A stretch of 64,000 nucleotides of DNA, from NCBI GenBank assembly GCA_963817955.1, contig CAWFQK010000005.1, forward strand, positions 156,709 to 220,708, in the 5' to 3' direction. The notes below the pieces were generated by a model. It made no database searches. It was not told the DNA's origin and was given only the letters and a program-made list of their open reading frames with translations. This DNA comes from an uncultured Gemmatimonadaceae bacterium (GTDB lineage Bacteria; Gemmatimonadota; Gemmatimonadetes; Gemmatimonadales; Gemmatimonadaceae). Shown piece by piece: positions 19,749 through 27,973 of the stretch. Within the stretch, counting starts at the first letter, position 1, and each line of letters starts with the position of its first letter. Position numbers and translations under genes: made by a program.

Positions 19749-20037
19749 GGGACACTCACTGAAAGGCGTACCGATGCACACACTGTAGGGTCGGCGATGT
19801 CGCTGCCGTGACCCTACTTCGACCGGGCAGGAACGATGCATCCTCCGCGCCGCTCTAACCTCAACGAGGTCCGTTTACTCGCCGATGGGCTGGCTGACTG
19901 GCTTATGGCCCGCTGTCCTTTCACGTCGTTGACTGCGTTGATCCTGGTGGTGACCGCACCACTGGCTGTGCCGCGGCCGGCCATGGTCCTGATTCCAGCG
20001 GTAGTCGCCGATTTGGCAGTAGTAGTGGTGCGGCGAC

Positions 20038-20415
20038 GCCGGTGGGGGCGCCAATCACGCCCGTGGACTCGTCAATCACACCCGGAGGGGATGTGAACGC
20101 GCCCGTAACTCGACCAATCGGGCCTGCTATGTCGCCGAACGTTGCTGTAACTCGCCCGGTCGGCAAAAGAGCCGGGCGAATCGGGCCCGTAGCCCGGCTG
20201 ATCGGGCCCGTAGACCTCCCGTAGCGCATCGTAACGGCGCCGATCGACGCCGTAGGTGCTCCGAACGACTCCGGTATCCGCCGAATCGGCAGAGGAGGGC
20301 GACCAAACGAGGTGTTAGAGCAACCCAGCGAGGCGATAGAGCAACCCAGCGGGGGGGTAGAGCAACCCAACGCACCCGTAGACCGGGTGAACGCACCGGT
20401 AGACCACCTGAGACG
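20038..20415. repeat. Phased degenerate 21-nt tandem array (18 units)
   Basis: Units cut every 21 nt from 20038 align without gaps. Consensus is approximately nnnnGTAgnnnnnccrAnCGn. Confidence 0.85.
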
Positions 20416-20426
20416 ACTGATATTGA

Positions 20427-20454
20427 AACGGGCCTGCCGGATGGCAGGCCCGTT
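20427..20454 (-). terminator. Intrinsic terminator-like hairpin downstream of the 20478-21224 gene
   Basis: AACGGGCCTGCC-GGAT-GGCAGGCCCGTT perfect 12-bp stem. On the minus strand it runs into TTTCAATA. Confidence 0.75.
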
Positions 20455-20477
20455 CCAGTTGTTACACCAACTGTTCG

Positions 20478-21224
20478 TTACGCGGCGGCAGCCAGGGGCG
20501 GTGCCGTGCCGGCCTGAGAACCAACCGCGGTGGTGTTCGCGGTTGTATTGGCGGCAGCGACATCGACGAGCGATGTCGTATCCGGACGAACGCCCTTCTT
20601 GACGACGTGCATCGCGTTCTTCCACGATGCGAGCTTCGCTGGATCGTCGCGCAAGACGCGGCAGAACGCCACGTCCAGCGCCTGGATCGCCTTCCTGGCT
20701 TTCGCCAGTACGGCCGGAATGTCATTCGTTGCCTCGACCGAATCGGCGCGCGACTGATCGCGGATTTCGATCGCCTGCTTCAGTAGCGCCGCCTGCTGGC
20801 GGAGGCCTGCCACGAAGTCCAACGACACGCCGTACTGCACCAGCATCGGCTGATTCTGCTCGCCGATGTTGGCCATTGCTTCCGCCGAACGCATCAACTT
20901 CTCATTCGATGACGCTCGGTCCGGCACGCGCAACGACGCGCGCAATTCAGGCGTGCGCGTCAGCACAGACCGCGCAACCTTCGCCAAGGGCGACAGGTGA
21001 TGCACCCGCAACTCCTGCCGGAGATCCTTGACGTTGGCATGCGCACCGGCGATGACGCGTTGCGCCTGCGCCTGCCGCACCCCCAACGCGACCATCGACG
21101 CCGCGGCGTCGTGTACGGCTTGTACCTGCGGCTGCACTTCGGACGGCACGAGTGTCGCATTCGCGACGACCCACGCGCCGACCCGCTGCGTTGCCTCGAA
21201 CACTCTTTCCTCTGTTTTCTGCAT
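20478..21224 (-). CDS. Hypothetical all-alpha/coiled-coil protein
   Basis: 248-aa ORF of amphipathic helices ending DPAKLASWKNAMHV plus a low-complexity tail. No recognisable catalytic motif. Confidence 0.75.
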   Translation of the reverse strand: MQKTEERVFEATQRVGAWVVANATLVPSEVQPQVQAVHDAAASMVALGVRQAQAQRVIAGAHANVKDLRQELRVHHLSPLAKVARSVLTRTPELRASLRVPDRASSNEKLMRSAEAMANIGEQNQPMLVQYGVSLDFVAGLRQQAALLKQAIEIRDQSRADSVEATNDIPAVLAKARKAIQALDVAFCRVLRDDPAKLASWKNAMHVVKKGVRPDTTSLVDVAAANTTANTTAVGSQAGTAPPLAAAA

Positions 21225-21702
21225 GACAGTTCCATGGTTAAGAGACACTAGGACCAACGGTGAACACATCGTCGTAATTGGAATCCATTCCGGGATTCAC
21301 GAGCGGTGTGTGGGTGTCTCCGGGACTGCGCGGCAGCGAGCGCGAAAAGGTCGCCCCTCGAGTGGCGACATTCCTGCGGTCAGATGCCACGGTGGGACGT
21401 GTGCGGGTCCCTCCGTGTGTCGGCTTAGGCCGCGGGGGTGCACTCGTGGTCGTGGATCCGGCGGCCCCGTGTCGCGAAGCGACAGCGTGCCGCCTTGCTG
21501 CGTGTGCTGCAGTCCTGCTAGTGCAACCGAATTACCGGTCCTGCAACTAGTGCTGCCGAGACATCACACAGCAGGGTCGAAAGCCTCTTCGTCCGTGGCC
21601 ATCGGAAACGCTCGTTTTGGATTAGAGCGTTGCTCGACCCAATGCTTGGGGTGGCGAGCCCCGAGGGGTACCAATTAAAAGGGGTACCCCACGAATGCGC
21701 AA

Positions 21703-21722
21703 GGGGGCGGGGGGGGGGGGGG
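21703..21722 (+). repeat. Poly-G tract (G5-C-G14)
   Basis: Direct reading. Confidence 0.9.
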
Positions 21723-22088
21723 TAGCAAGAATCGGTATTGGGTCAGTCTGATTGCAACAGAGATATTCAGGGCTCATCTTCTCACGGCGGGGGCGCTTGA
21801 CGACCGAACTACCGGGCGAGTTCGTCGACAAACTTCTCGCGCTCACTCCAGGGGATCGGAATGATCTTGTACTCCAGAAGGGCACTTGTAACGGATGCCA
21901 GGGTCGGATGCTCCTGATCATTCAGGATCGCGAAGAAGCGTGACTCCTCGCTGCGTGCACCCTTCGTCTCGATCCAACGACAGGCGAGCAGCGGTGATGA
22001 CGTGGATGACTCCCGCCGTATTCCACGTCGGCGACCAATCAATGCGATGGCCGGTCACGCTGATCGCGCGCGAAGTGTGTCGCCCCTG

Positions 22089-22466
22089 ATGCTCGCCTCG
22101 CGCTCCGATCGCCTCTTTGGCCAGTTGATCGACGGACTGGTGGGCGCCGCACCCATGCTTGTCACCGTCGGCCTGTCGTGGCTCATCGGCGGGTTGGCTA
22201 TCCCGTTTCTGCTCGGCGCTGTCGCCTGGTCGGCCTTCTATTACCTGTTCGCCGATGGGTTCTCGGAAGGTCAAAGCATCGGCAAGCGATGGCTCGGTTC
22301 GCACGTCGTCAGCGTCGAGACGGGTGCGCCGTGCACCTTCGGCCAGTCATTCGTTCGCAATTCCCTGCTGGCGATCCTCGGACCGATCGACTGGGTCTTC
22401 ATCTTCGGCGAGCGCCGCCAACGCCTGGGCGACAAAGCTGCGGGGACAATCGTCGTCGAGGATTAG
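22089..22466 (+). CDS. RDD family membrane protein
   Basis: RLFGQLIDG, GQSIGKRWLG, RQRLGDKAAGTIVV. Confidence 0.9.
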   Translation: MLASRSDRLFGQLIDGLVGAAPMLVTVGLSWLIGGLAIPFLLGAVAWSAFYYLFADGFSEGQSIGKRWLGSHVVSVETGAPCTFGQSFVRNSLLAILGPIDWVFIFGERRQRLGDKAAGTIVVED

Positions 22467-22502
22467 GAATGCGTGCCTGAGTGAAGTATTCAGCATCGAT
22501 CC

Positions 22503-23387
22503 GTGGGCCAACGTGCTCGATTCGTTAGATCGTGCAACGATCATCGTCCGGTGACGCAGAGAATATTTGCATCCTTCATCAGGTCACGGTTGCGAGCCAG
22601 GGGCTGGGTGCCATCGAAGAGCGATGTACAGGAATCGCGTGTCACGTCGTCCCCGCCGTCGGAGACGCCGCTGGCGCCCGTATCCGATGGCGAGCTGAGT
22701 AGGGCTGAACTACTGGCTTGGCTGGGCGTGCGCCGCCACAATCGCTTCTTGCCTGGCGAGGGAGCGTGGATGACGCTGGGGCAGTGTTTCCTCACTGCGT
22801 GGATGTCGTGGCGCTGGCCTCCGTTGGCTGTCGGGTTCGGCGCCCTGCTCGCCTGGTCAAAAGTCGAAGGGGATAATCATGTCGCGCGCATGTTTCTCGA
22901 TCCGCTGGCTGATCGGCCACGAAGCGAGGTCCTCCCGATTCGAGCGTTTCAGAGCGCCAGCTTCTTCATTGCATACTTCGGAGGCGGCGTCACGGCGTTT
23001 CGGTGGTTGCTGGGAACATTCATGCAGGAGCCCGATCGCGTCAAAGGCGCGTTCATCGTACCCATGACTAACGTGAGCGCCCTCCACATTATTCTCGCAG
23101 CAATGATGGCGCTCAGCGTTTACAACATCCTCGTCCGCCCGGTTCGCGAGGCGTCCTATGCCGCGCGCTCCACAGCGGGACCTATTCGGCGACGCGTATT
23201 GTCGACCGCCGCCGGGTTGATGAACCGGTTGCTTCCGATCCCGGCGGGCGTGGCGTTTGCACGCCTGTTGCCAAGCTCCGCACACGTCGGGCCGCTCATT
23301 GCCGCGGCGGCAGCGATGACGGCCGTGTATCTGTTCTCCTGGTTCGGCGCCGGACGTGCTGTCTTTCGATTTCCTAACAAGGCATAG
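22503..23387 (+). CDS. Hypothetical multi-pass membrane protein (start uncertain)
   Basis: Long ORF with several hydrophobic segments. Confidence 0.55.
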   Translation: MGQRARFVRSCNDHRPVTQRIFASFIRSRLRARGWVPSKSDVQESRVTSSPPSETPLAPVSDGELSRAELLAWLGVRRHNRFLPGEGAWMTLGQCFLTAWMSWRWPPLAVGFGALLAWSKVEGDNHVARMFLDPLADRPRSEVLPIRAFQSASFFIAYFGGGVTAFRWLLGTFMQEPDRVKGAFIVPMTNVSALHIILAAMMALSVYNILVRPVREASYAARSTAGPIRRRVLSTAAGLMNRLLPIPAGVAFARLLPSSAHVGPLIAAAAAMTAVYLFSWFGAGRAVFRFPNKA

Positions 23388-23584
23388 AACGCACCTCCGT
23401 AAGCGTTCTTATGGGCCACCCCTGTGCCGAAGGGATTGCCGCGGCGCTCCGAGCTGGGATACCGGAGGCCGACGAAATAGCGATTGGCGGCATCTGGTAA
23501 ACGCTCAACGTTCCGCGCCGGAGCTTGTCATGACCGATTGGTTCATCCTATTCTTTGATTGACATTTTCCGTGAGATTGATGCC

Positions 23585-23863
23585 ATGATGAGTAGTCCGC
23601 CGATGTGGTTGGCCGTTGTGCTCGGAGGCGTGCTGAACCCACTTCTTTGCTGGTGGGTGGTGGGCGCCAGGCGGCACCGCGCTCCGCTCCTTCTGCCGGC
23701 CGCGATGATCGTGGTGGGACCCTTGGAAGCCGGCCTCGGCATGGCACTATCTGGGCATGGAGTCTTCAACTGGTACCTCACGGTAGGCGCCCTCGGCTGC
23801 ATCGCGCTTCGCCCGCGTTGGATGCGTGCTTCGGCGCCGAGCGGGGCGCGTCCAGACGCCTAG
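23585..23863 (+). CDS. Small hypothetical membrane protein
   Basis: Three hydrophobic segments. Its stop lies 3 nt before the next ORF. Confidence 0.45.
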   Translation: MMSSPPMWLAVVLGGVLNPLLCWWVVGARRHRAPLLLPAAMIVVGPLEAGLGMALSGHGVFNWYLTVGALGCIALRPRWMRASAPSGARPDA

Positions 23864-23866
23864 GCG

Positions 23867-24412
23867 TTGAAGGCGTCGAGTCGCGTGTCCGTGCGAGACC
23901 CGCGCGCGGAGATGCATGCGCTCCTGAGCGGCGGCGATCGCCGGAGCATCGCGGGTTCCAAACGTGTGCGCGCCATGATCGAGTCACAGCCGCGGCTCGT
24001 CGGCCTCCTGGCCGAGCTCACCTCTGATGAGGATTCCATGGTTGTTATGCGTGCAGTCGACTTGCTCGAGAAGCTGGCGCACGATCACCAGGACTGGGTC
24101 GAACCACACAAGCGGCTCTTCATCGGCCCGCTGGCCGACGGCGATAGATGGGAGGTACGCTTGCAGATCGTTCGTGCCCTGCCACTGTTCCATTGGACGC
24201 CTGCACAGATGCGACGGGTGGAGGCCATTCTCATCGGCAACCTGTCGCATCCGCAGACATTCGTGCGAGCATGGGCGCTCGACAGCCTCGCGCGAATCGC
24301 CGAGGGCCGGCCGCCGATCCGCCGAATCGTCGCCCGGGAGCTCGCCGCGTTCGAGACGTCGACGAGTAAGGCACTCCAGGCGCGGGCGCGTTGCATTCGC
24401 GAACGCATGTAG
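23867..24412 (+). CDS. HEAT/ARM-repeat-like hypothetical protein (alternative start 23912)
   Basis: LSGGDRRSI, VVMRAVDLLEK, WEVRLQIVRAL, FVRAWALDSLA helical repeats. Confidence 0.7.
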   Translation: MKASSRVSVRDPRAEMHALLSGGDRRSIAGSKRVRAMIESQPRLVGLLAELTSDEDSMVVMRAVDLLEKLAHDHQDWVEPHKRLFIGPLADGDRWEVRLQIVRALPLFHWTPAQMRRVEAILIGNLSHPQTFVRAWALDSLARIAEGRPPIRRIVARELAAFETSTSKALQARARCIRERM

Positions 24413-24680
24413 TGCGCGGAAGAGGATGCGGCCCGGCTCATCGTCTGCGCGCGCCTGCCGGCGGTCTGCGTGCCGCTGGCTCTTCGTCTGCTTGTGTGAT
24501 ACTATTGGCATCGGTGGTGTTCTCGAGATTGCGTGGAACTCCTTGTTGAGATCCACGTAAGCGAACTCGGATATCATTCTGTGTGGCAAGTTGCTGGCGT
24601 ACGTGCCATCTCTTGAGGAAATCGCGGATTTCATTCAAGGCGCAATGATAATGGATCTCGAGTGGCGGCCAGCCGGCTGG

Positions 24681-25445
24681 ATGCGACACCGACGGTGTCG
24701 TGCGCGATGGGTCGGTGGGATGATGACCTGCGCGCTGCTGGTGGCTGCACCACAGGCGGGCGGACAAGCGAAGGCGAATGCGCATGGATCGGTCGTGCTC
24801 GTCTCCGTCGCCGACGCGGCGAACGGTGCGTTCATCGAGCACGCCCAGGTGCAGCTGCCCGAGGTGCGCAGAGCGGCCGTCACCGACTGGCGTGGCGAGG
24901 CTCACGTCGATGCACTGCCGCGGGGAGCGTACCGGATCGACGTTCGCGCCCTGGGATACTCGGCAAGCAGTATCCAGCTCAGTGTGCGTGAGGACACCGT
25001 CTGGGTGCTGTTTCAGCTCCAGCGCGTCCCGGTTCGCCTCGACTCGGTGCGCGTCATGGCGACGACGCCCGTCTCCCCTCAGCTGGCCGAGTACGAACAG
25101 CGGCGGCGGATGGGCATTGGTCGCTTTCTCCCCGAGTCGTTACTCGCGCGCAACGGCGACCAGCGTCTCTCGATCGTGCTGGCCACACGCATTCCTGGGC
25201 TCTTGGCTGGCACCCGCGGACTGGTCGCCCTCGATCCGTCCGGCATCTCCGGCGGTGGCTTAGGGTGCGGGGTCAATATGTACCTTGATGGCTTCCTCAT
25301 TGCGGATCTCAGCTCGACCCTGGACGAAATTCGGCCTCGCGATCTCGCCGGCATCGAGGTGTACTCTCGGGCGAGTGCACCGCCAGCGTATCGACCGACG
25401 GGGAACTACTGTCGCGTGATCCTGCTCTGGACGAAGTGGTGGTAG
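24681..25445 (+). CDS. Secreted carboxypeptidase-regulatory-like domain plus TonB plug-like domain protein, no beta-barrel
   Basis: VTDWRGEA...YRIDVRALGY, YEQRRRMGIGRF, C-x-MYLDG, DLAGIEVY...PPAY...CRVILLWTK. Confidence 0.8.
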   Translation: MRHRRCRARWVGGMMTCALLVAAPQAGGQAKANAHGSVVLVSVADAANGAFIEHAQVQLPEVRRAAVTDWRGEAHVDALPRGAYRIDVRALGYSASSIQLSVREDTVWVLFQLQRVPVRLDSVRVMATTPVSPQLAEYEQRRRMGIGRFLPESLLARNGDQRLSIVLATRIPGLLAGTRGLVALDPSGISGGGLGCGVNMYLDGFLIADLSSTLDEIRPRDLAGIEVYSRASAPPAYRPTGNYCRVILLWTKWW

Positions 25446-25476
25446 ATCGCGGAAAGGAGCAATACTGACATCGCTC

Positions 25477-26292
25477 ATGTCACTATGCAGGCCGGCTATC
25501 GTTTCGTGGCACACGTCGCGGCACGCGCGGTCGCGCCGCGGTGCCCTGGCACTCTCGGCGATGCTCGGCGTATCAGGGTCCCAGCTGCTCGTTCCTCGTC
25601 TGCTGGCACAAACGGGCGCCGCGCGCGCACACACCGCGGCACTGGTTGGTCGCGTCCAGGACATTGCTGGTGCGCCGCTCTCGGGCTCAGCGATAACCAT
25701 AACCGGTGAGAAGCCGGTCATAGCCGATGATTCCGGTGAATTTCGAATCGTGTACCATGGGACTGAGATTGCCCCGGTCGTCGTGATTCGTCTCGGATAT
25801 CAGCCGGTAAGTTTTTCGATACAGCTTCCCGCGGATTCGACCGTTTTCATCGCGATTCGCATGACGCCAATCGCGAATCAACTCCCCGCAGTCCTGACGA
25901 CGGCTGAGCGAAACGAGCCCCTTCTCGCCACCACCGGGTTTTTCGACCGGAGACGGCACGAGGCGTTTGGCAGTTTCCTGACGCCGGACGCGATCGCGCG
26001 GCTGCCCTTTCAACACCCGGCCCAGTTTCTCCTGGAAGTCCCGGGGATGGAGATCCGGAAGCGACCTCATGATCCCGGGTACGACATCCGCGGCCCAGCG
26101 GCATGTTATGTGGTCTTCGTGGACGGCACGTTCACGAACCTGGGGCTGGAGGACGCCGTGAACGTATCCCAGGTATATGCGATCGAGGTGTACACTCGAG
26201 CAACGTTTGTCCCCGCCCGGTTTCAGGCACCGATGCGCGAACAGGTGTGCGGCGCGATCGCGGTATGGACGTCAAAGTACCGATTCCGCTAG
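25477..26292 (+). CDS. Second carboxypeptidase-regulatory-like plus plug-like domain protein
   Basis: GRVQDIAGAPL, ADDSGEF, GFFDRRR, CYVVFVDG, AIEVY...PARF...CGAIAVWT. Confidence 0.8.
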   Translation: MSLCRPAIVSWHTSRHARSRRGALALSAMLGVSGSQLLVPRLLAQTGAARAHTAALVGRVQDIAGAPLSGSAITITGEKPVIADDSGEFRIVYHGTEIAPVVVIRLGYQPVSFSIQLPADSTVFIAIRMTPIANQLPAVLTTAERNEPLLATTGFFDRRRHEAFGSFLTPDAIARLPFQHPAQFLLEVPGMEIRKRPHDPGYDIRGPAACYVVFVDGTFTNLGLEDAVNVSQVYAIEVYTRATFVPARFQAPMREQVCGAIAVWTSKYRFR

Positions 26293-26546
26293 CACGGGTG
26301 TCGTCCTACTCAATCACACGTCCTCGTTCGTGATCAGATCGGTGAAATAGGCGGACATCGTCGCCGCGCGTGAACGCCGCGCCCGAGTTCTCGCCGATTT
26401 GCCGCCGAAGACTGGAAGGCGGACTGCGAGAAATGGAAAGCCCGCAGGTATGTCGGGGTCGTACGGGCGACGGGAGGAACTCGGTCCTGATCTCGCGCGG
26501 CTGATCGTCGCCAACGGTGCGCTGTCGCGCGCGCACATGGGGACTC

Positions 26547-26592
26547 TTGACATCTTGAACCGGTGAGCTAGTGTCCTAGTTCCACTAGGACA
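26547..26592 (+). promoter_or_regulatory. Sigma70-type promoter with an overlapping palindromic GntR/YtrA operator
   Basis: TTGACA (26547-26552), 16 nt, TAGTGT (26569-26574). Perfect inverted repeat TGTCCTAGT-TCC-ACTAGGACA (26572-26592) ends 2 nt before the ATG. Confidence 0.8.
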
Positions 26593-26594
26593 GT

Positions 26595-27020
26595 ATGTCA
26601 CTGACCATCTCCATCCAAACCGGCACCACGGTCTCGATCTATCGACAGATTGTCGAGCAGATCTGCGCCGCCGCGTTAGCCGGCCAGTTCCGCGACGATG
26701 AACCGCTACCCAGCGTGCGGGGACTCGCCGAGCAATTGGTGATCAATCCCAATACGGTCTCCCGCGCCTACGGAGAGCTGGTGCGCGAGGGGATCCTCGA
26801 GGCGCGACCGGGACGCGGGATGTTCATCGCGCACCGTCGTCAGATCTATAGCTCGTCCGAGCGCGCGCGACGCATGGAACAGGCGGTGACGTCGCTCATG
26901 TCCGAAGGATTCATGCTTGGATTCACGCCGGAACAGATCGTCGAACACGTCGCGGCCAGAACGAAGACGCATGCACCATCGAAGTCCCTCAAGTCAAACC
27001 CGAAGGGAGGCACGCGATGA
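26595..27020 (+). CDS. GntR family (YtrA-type) transcriptional regulator
   Basis: IYRQIVEQI...LPSVRGLAEQLVINPNTVSRAYGEL...GRGMF with a short C-terminal domain. Confidence 0.93.
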   Translation: MSLTISIQTGTTVSIYRQIVEQICAAALAGQFRDDEPLPSVRGLAEQLVINPNTVSRAYGELVREGILEARPGRGMFIAHRRQIYSSSERARRMEQAVTSLMSEGFMLGFTPEQIVEHVAARTKTHAPSKSLKSNPKGGTR

Positions 27021-27973
27021 ATTCCGGTTCTGTCATAGAGACGCAAGGACTGACGCGCTACTTCGGGTCGAGGATAGTCGTCGACCAACTGACGCTGTCC
27101 GTGCCTCGCGGGAGCGTGTTCGCGTTCATCGGGCGCAATGGCTCCGGCAAGACGACAACGATTCGCATGCTGCTCGGACTGCTGGATCCGACGCGCGGGA
27201 CGTCGGAGGTCCTCGGCCATGACAGCCGGCACCTCTCGCCGGATGTGATCGCGCGAATCGGGTACATGTCGGAGTCGCACACGCTGTATGACTCCATGAC
27301 CGTGCGGCAATCCGGTGCGTATCAAGCGCGATTCTACCCACGGTGGAACGCACGCGTATTCGACTCCGTCGTCGGGCATTTTCATCTGCGCCCCACTGCG
27401 AAGGCCGGTGATCTCTCGCGCGGCGAGCGCGCCGGACTCTCCCTCGCGATCACGTTGGCGCCGGAACCCGAGCTACTCATTCTCGACGACCCCGGTATCG
27501 GGCTCGATCCCGTCGCCAGGCGCTCGTTACTCGAGTCGATGATATACATCACGCGCGACTCCGACCGCACGATCTTCTTCTCGTCACACCTGCTCGACGA
27601 TGTCGAGCGCGTGGCCGACCACATCGCGATTCTCGACCGGAGCGTGCTGCGAGTGCTCTGCCCGGTGGACATGTTTCGCGCCGCCATTCGAGAGTTCACG
27701 CTGCACTTCGCCGACGTGACGGCCGTCCCGGCAACGCTCCCTCCGCTGCGCGGGTTGCTGCGCGTCAAGCGATCCGGTGCAGACGTCGCGCTGACCGTTG
27801 CCGCGGCGGACGACGCAACGCGGCGCGACCTTGGTCAACTCGGCGCGGCCAGGGTGGACGAGAATGAGGTCGGGCTGAACGAGGCGGTCGTCGGCTACCT
27901 GGGTGACCGCGGCGAGCAAGGATTCTTTCTCGACGACGCACCGCCAACCGCGCCGGCGAGAGGTGTCGCATGA
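27017..27973 (+). CDS. ABC transporter ATP-binding protein
   Basis: GRNGSGKTT, LSRGE, LILDDP, SSH. Confidence 0.93.
   Translation: MNSGSVIETQGLTRYFGSRIVVDQLTLSVPRGSVFAFIGRNGSGKTTTIRMLLGLLDPTRGTSEVLGHDSRHLSPDVIARIGYMSESHTLYDSMTVRQSGAYQARFYPRWNARVFDSVVGHFHLRPTAKAGDLSRGERAGLSLAITLAPEPELLILDDPGIGLDPVARRSLLESMIYITRDSDRTIFFSSHLLDDVERVADHIAILDRSVLRVLCPVDMFRAAIREFTLHFADVTAVPATLPPLRGLLRVKRSGADVALTVAAADDATRRDLGQLGAARVDENEVGLNEAVVGYLGDRGEQGFFLDDAPPTAPARGVA

Noticed and set aside
20038..20415. CRISPR array
   Set aside because: There are no identical repeats separated by unique spacers, the period is only 21 nt, and the window has no cas genes.
19921..20625. 234-aa heptad-repeat ORF as a real gene
   Set aside because: It would start inside another gene, cross a terminator hairpin, and keep T at wobble positions against genome bias. 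Not called, but not formally excluded.
21752..21943. 63-aa ORF with a CxxC motif
   Set aside because: It is short, has a TTG start and no recognisable family, so there is not enough support.
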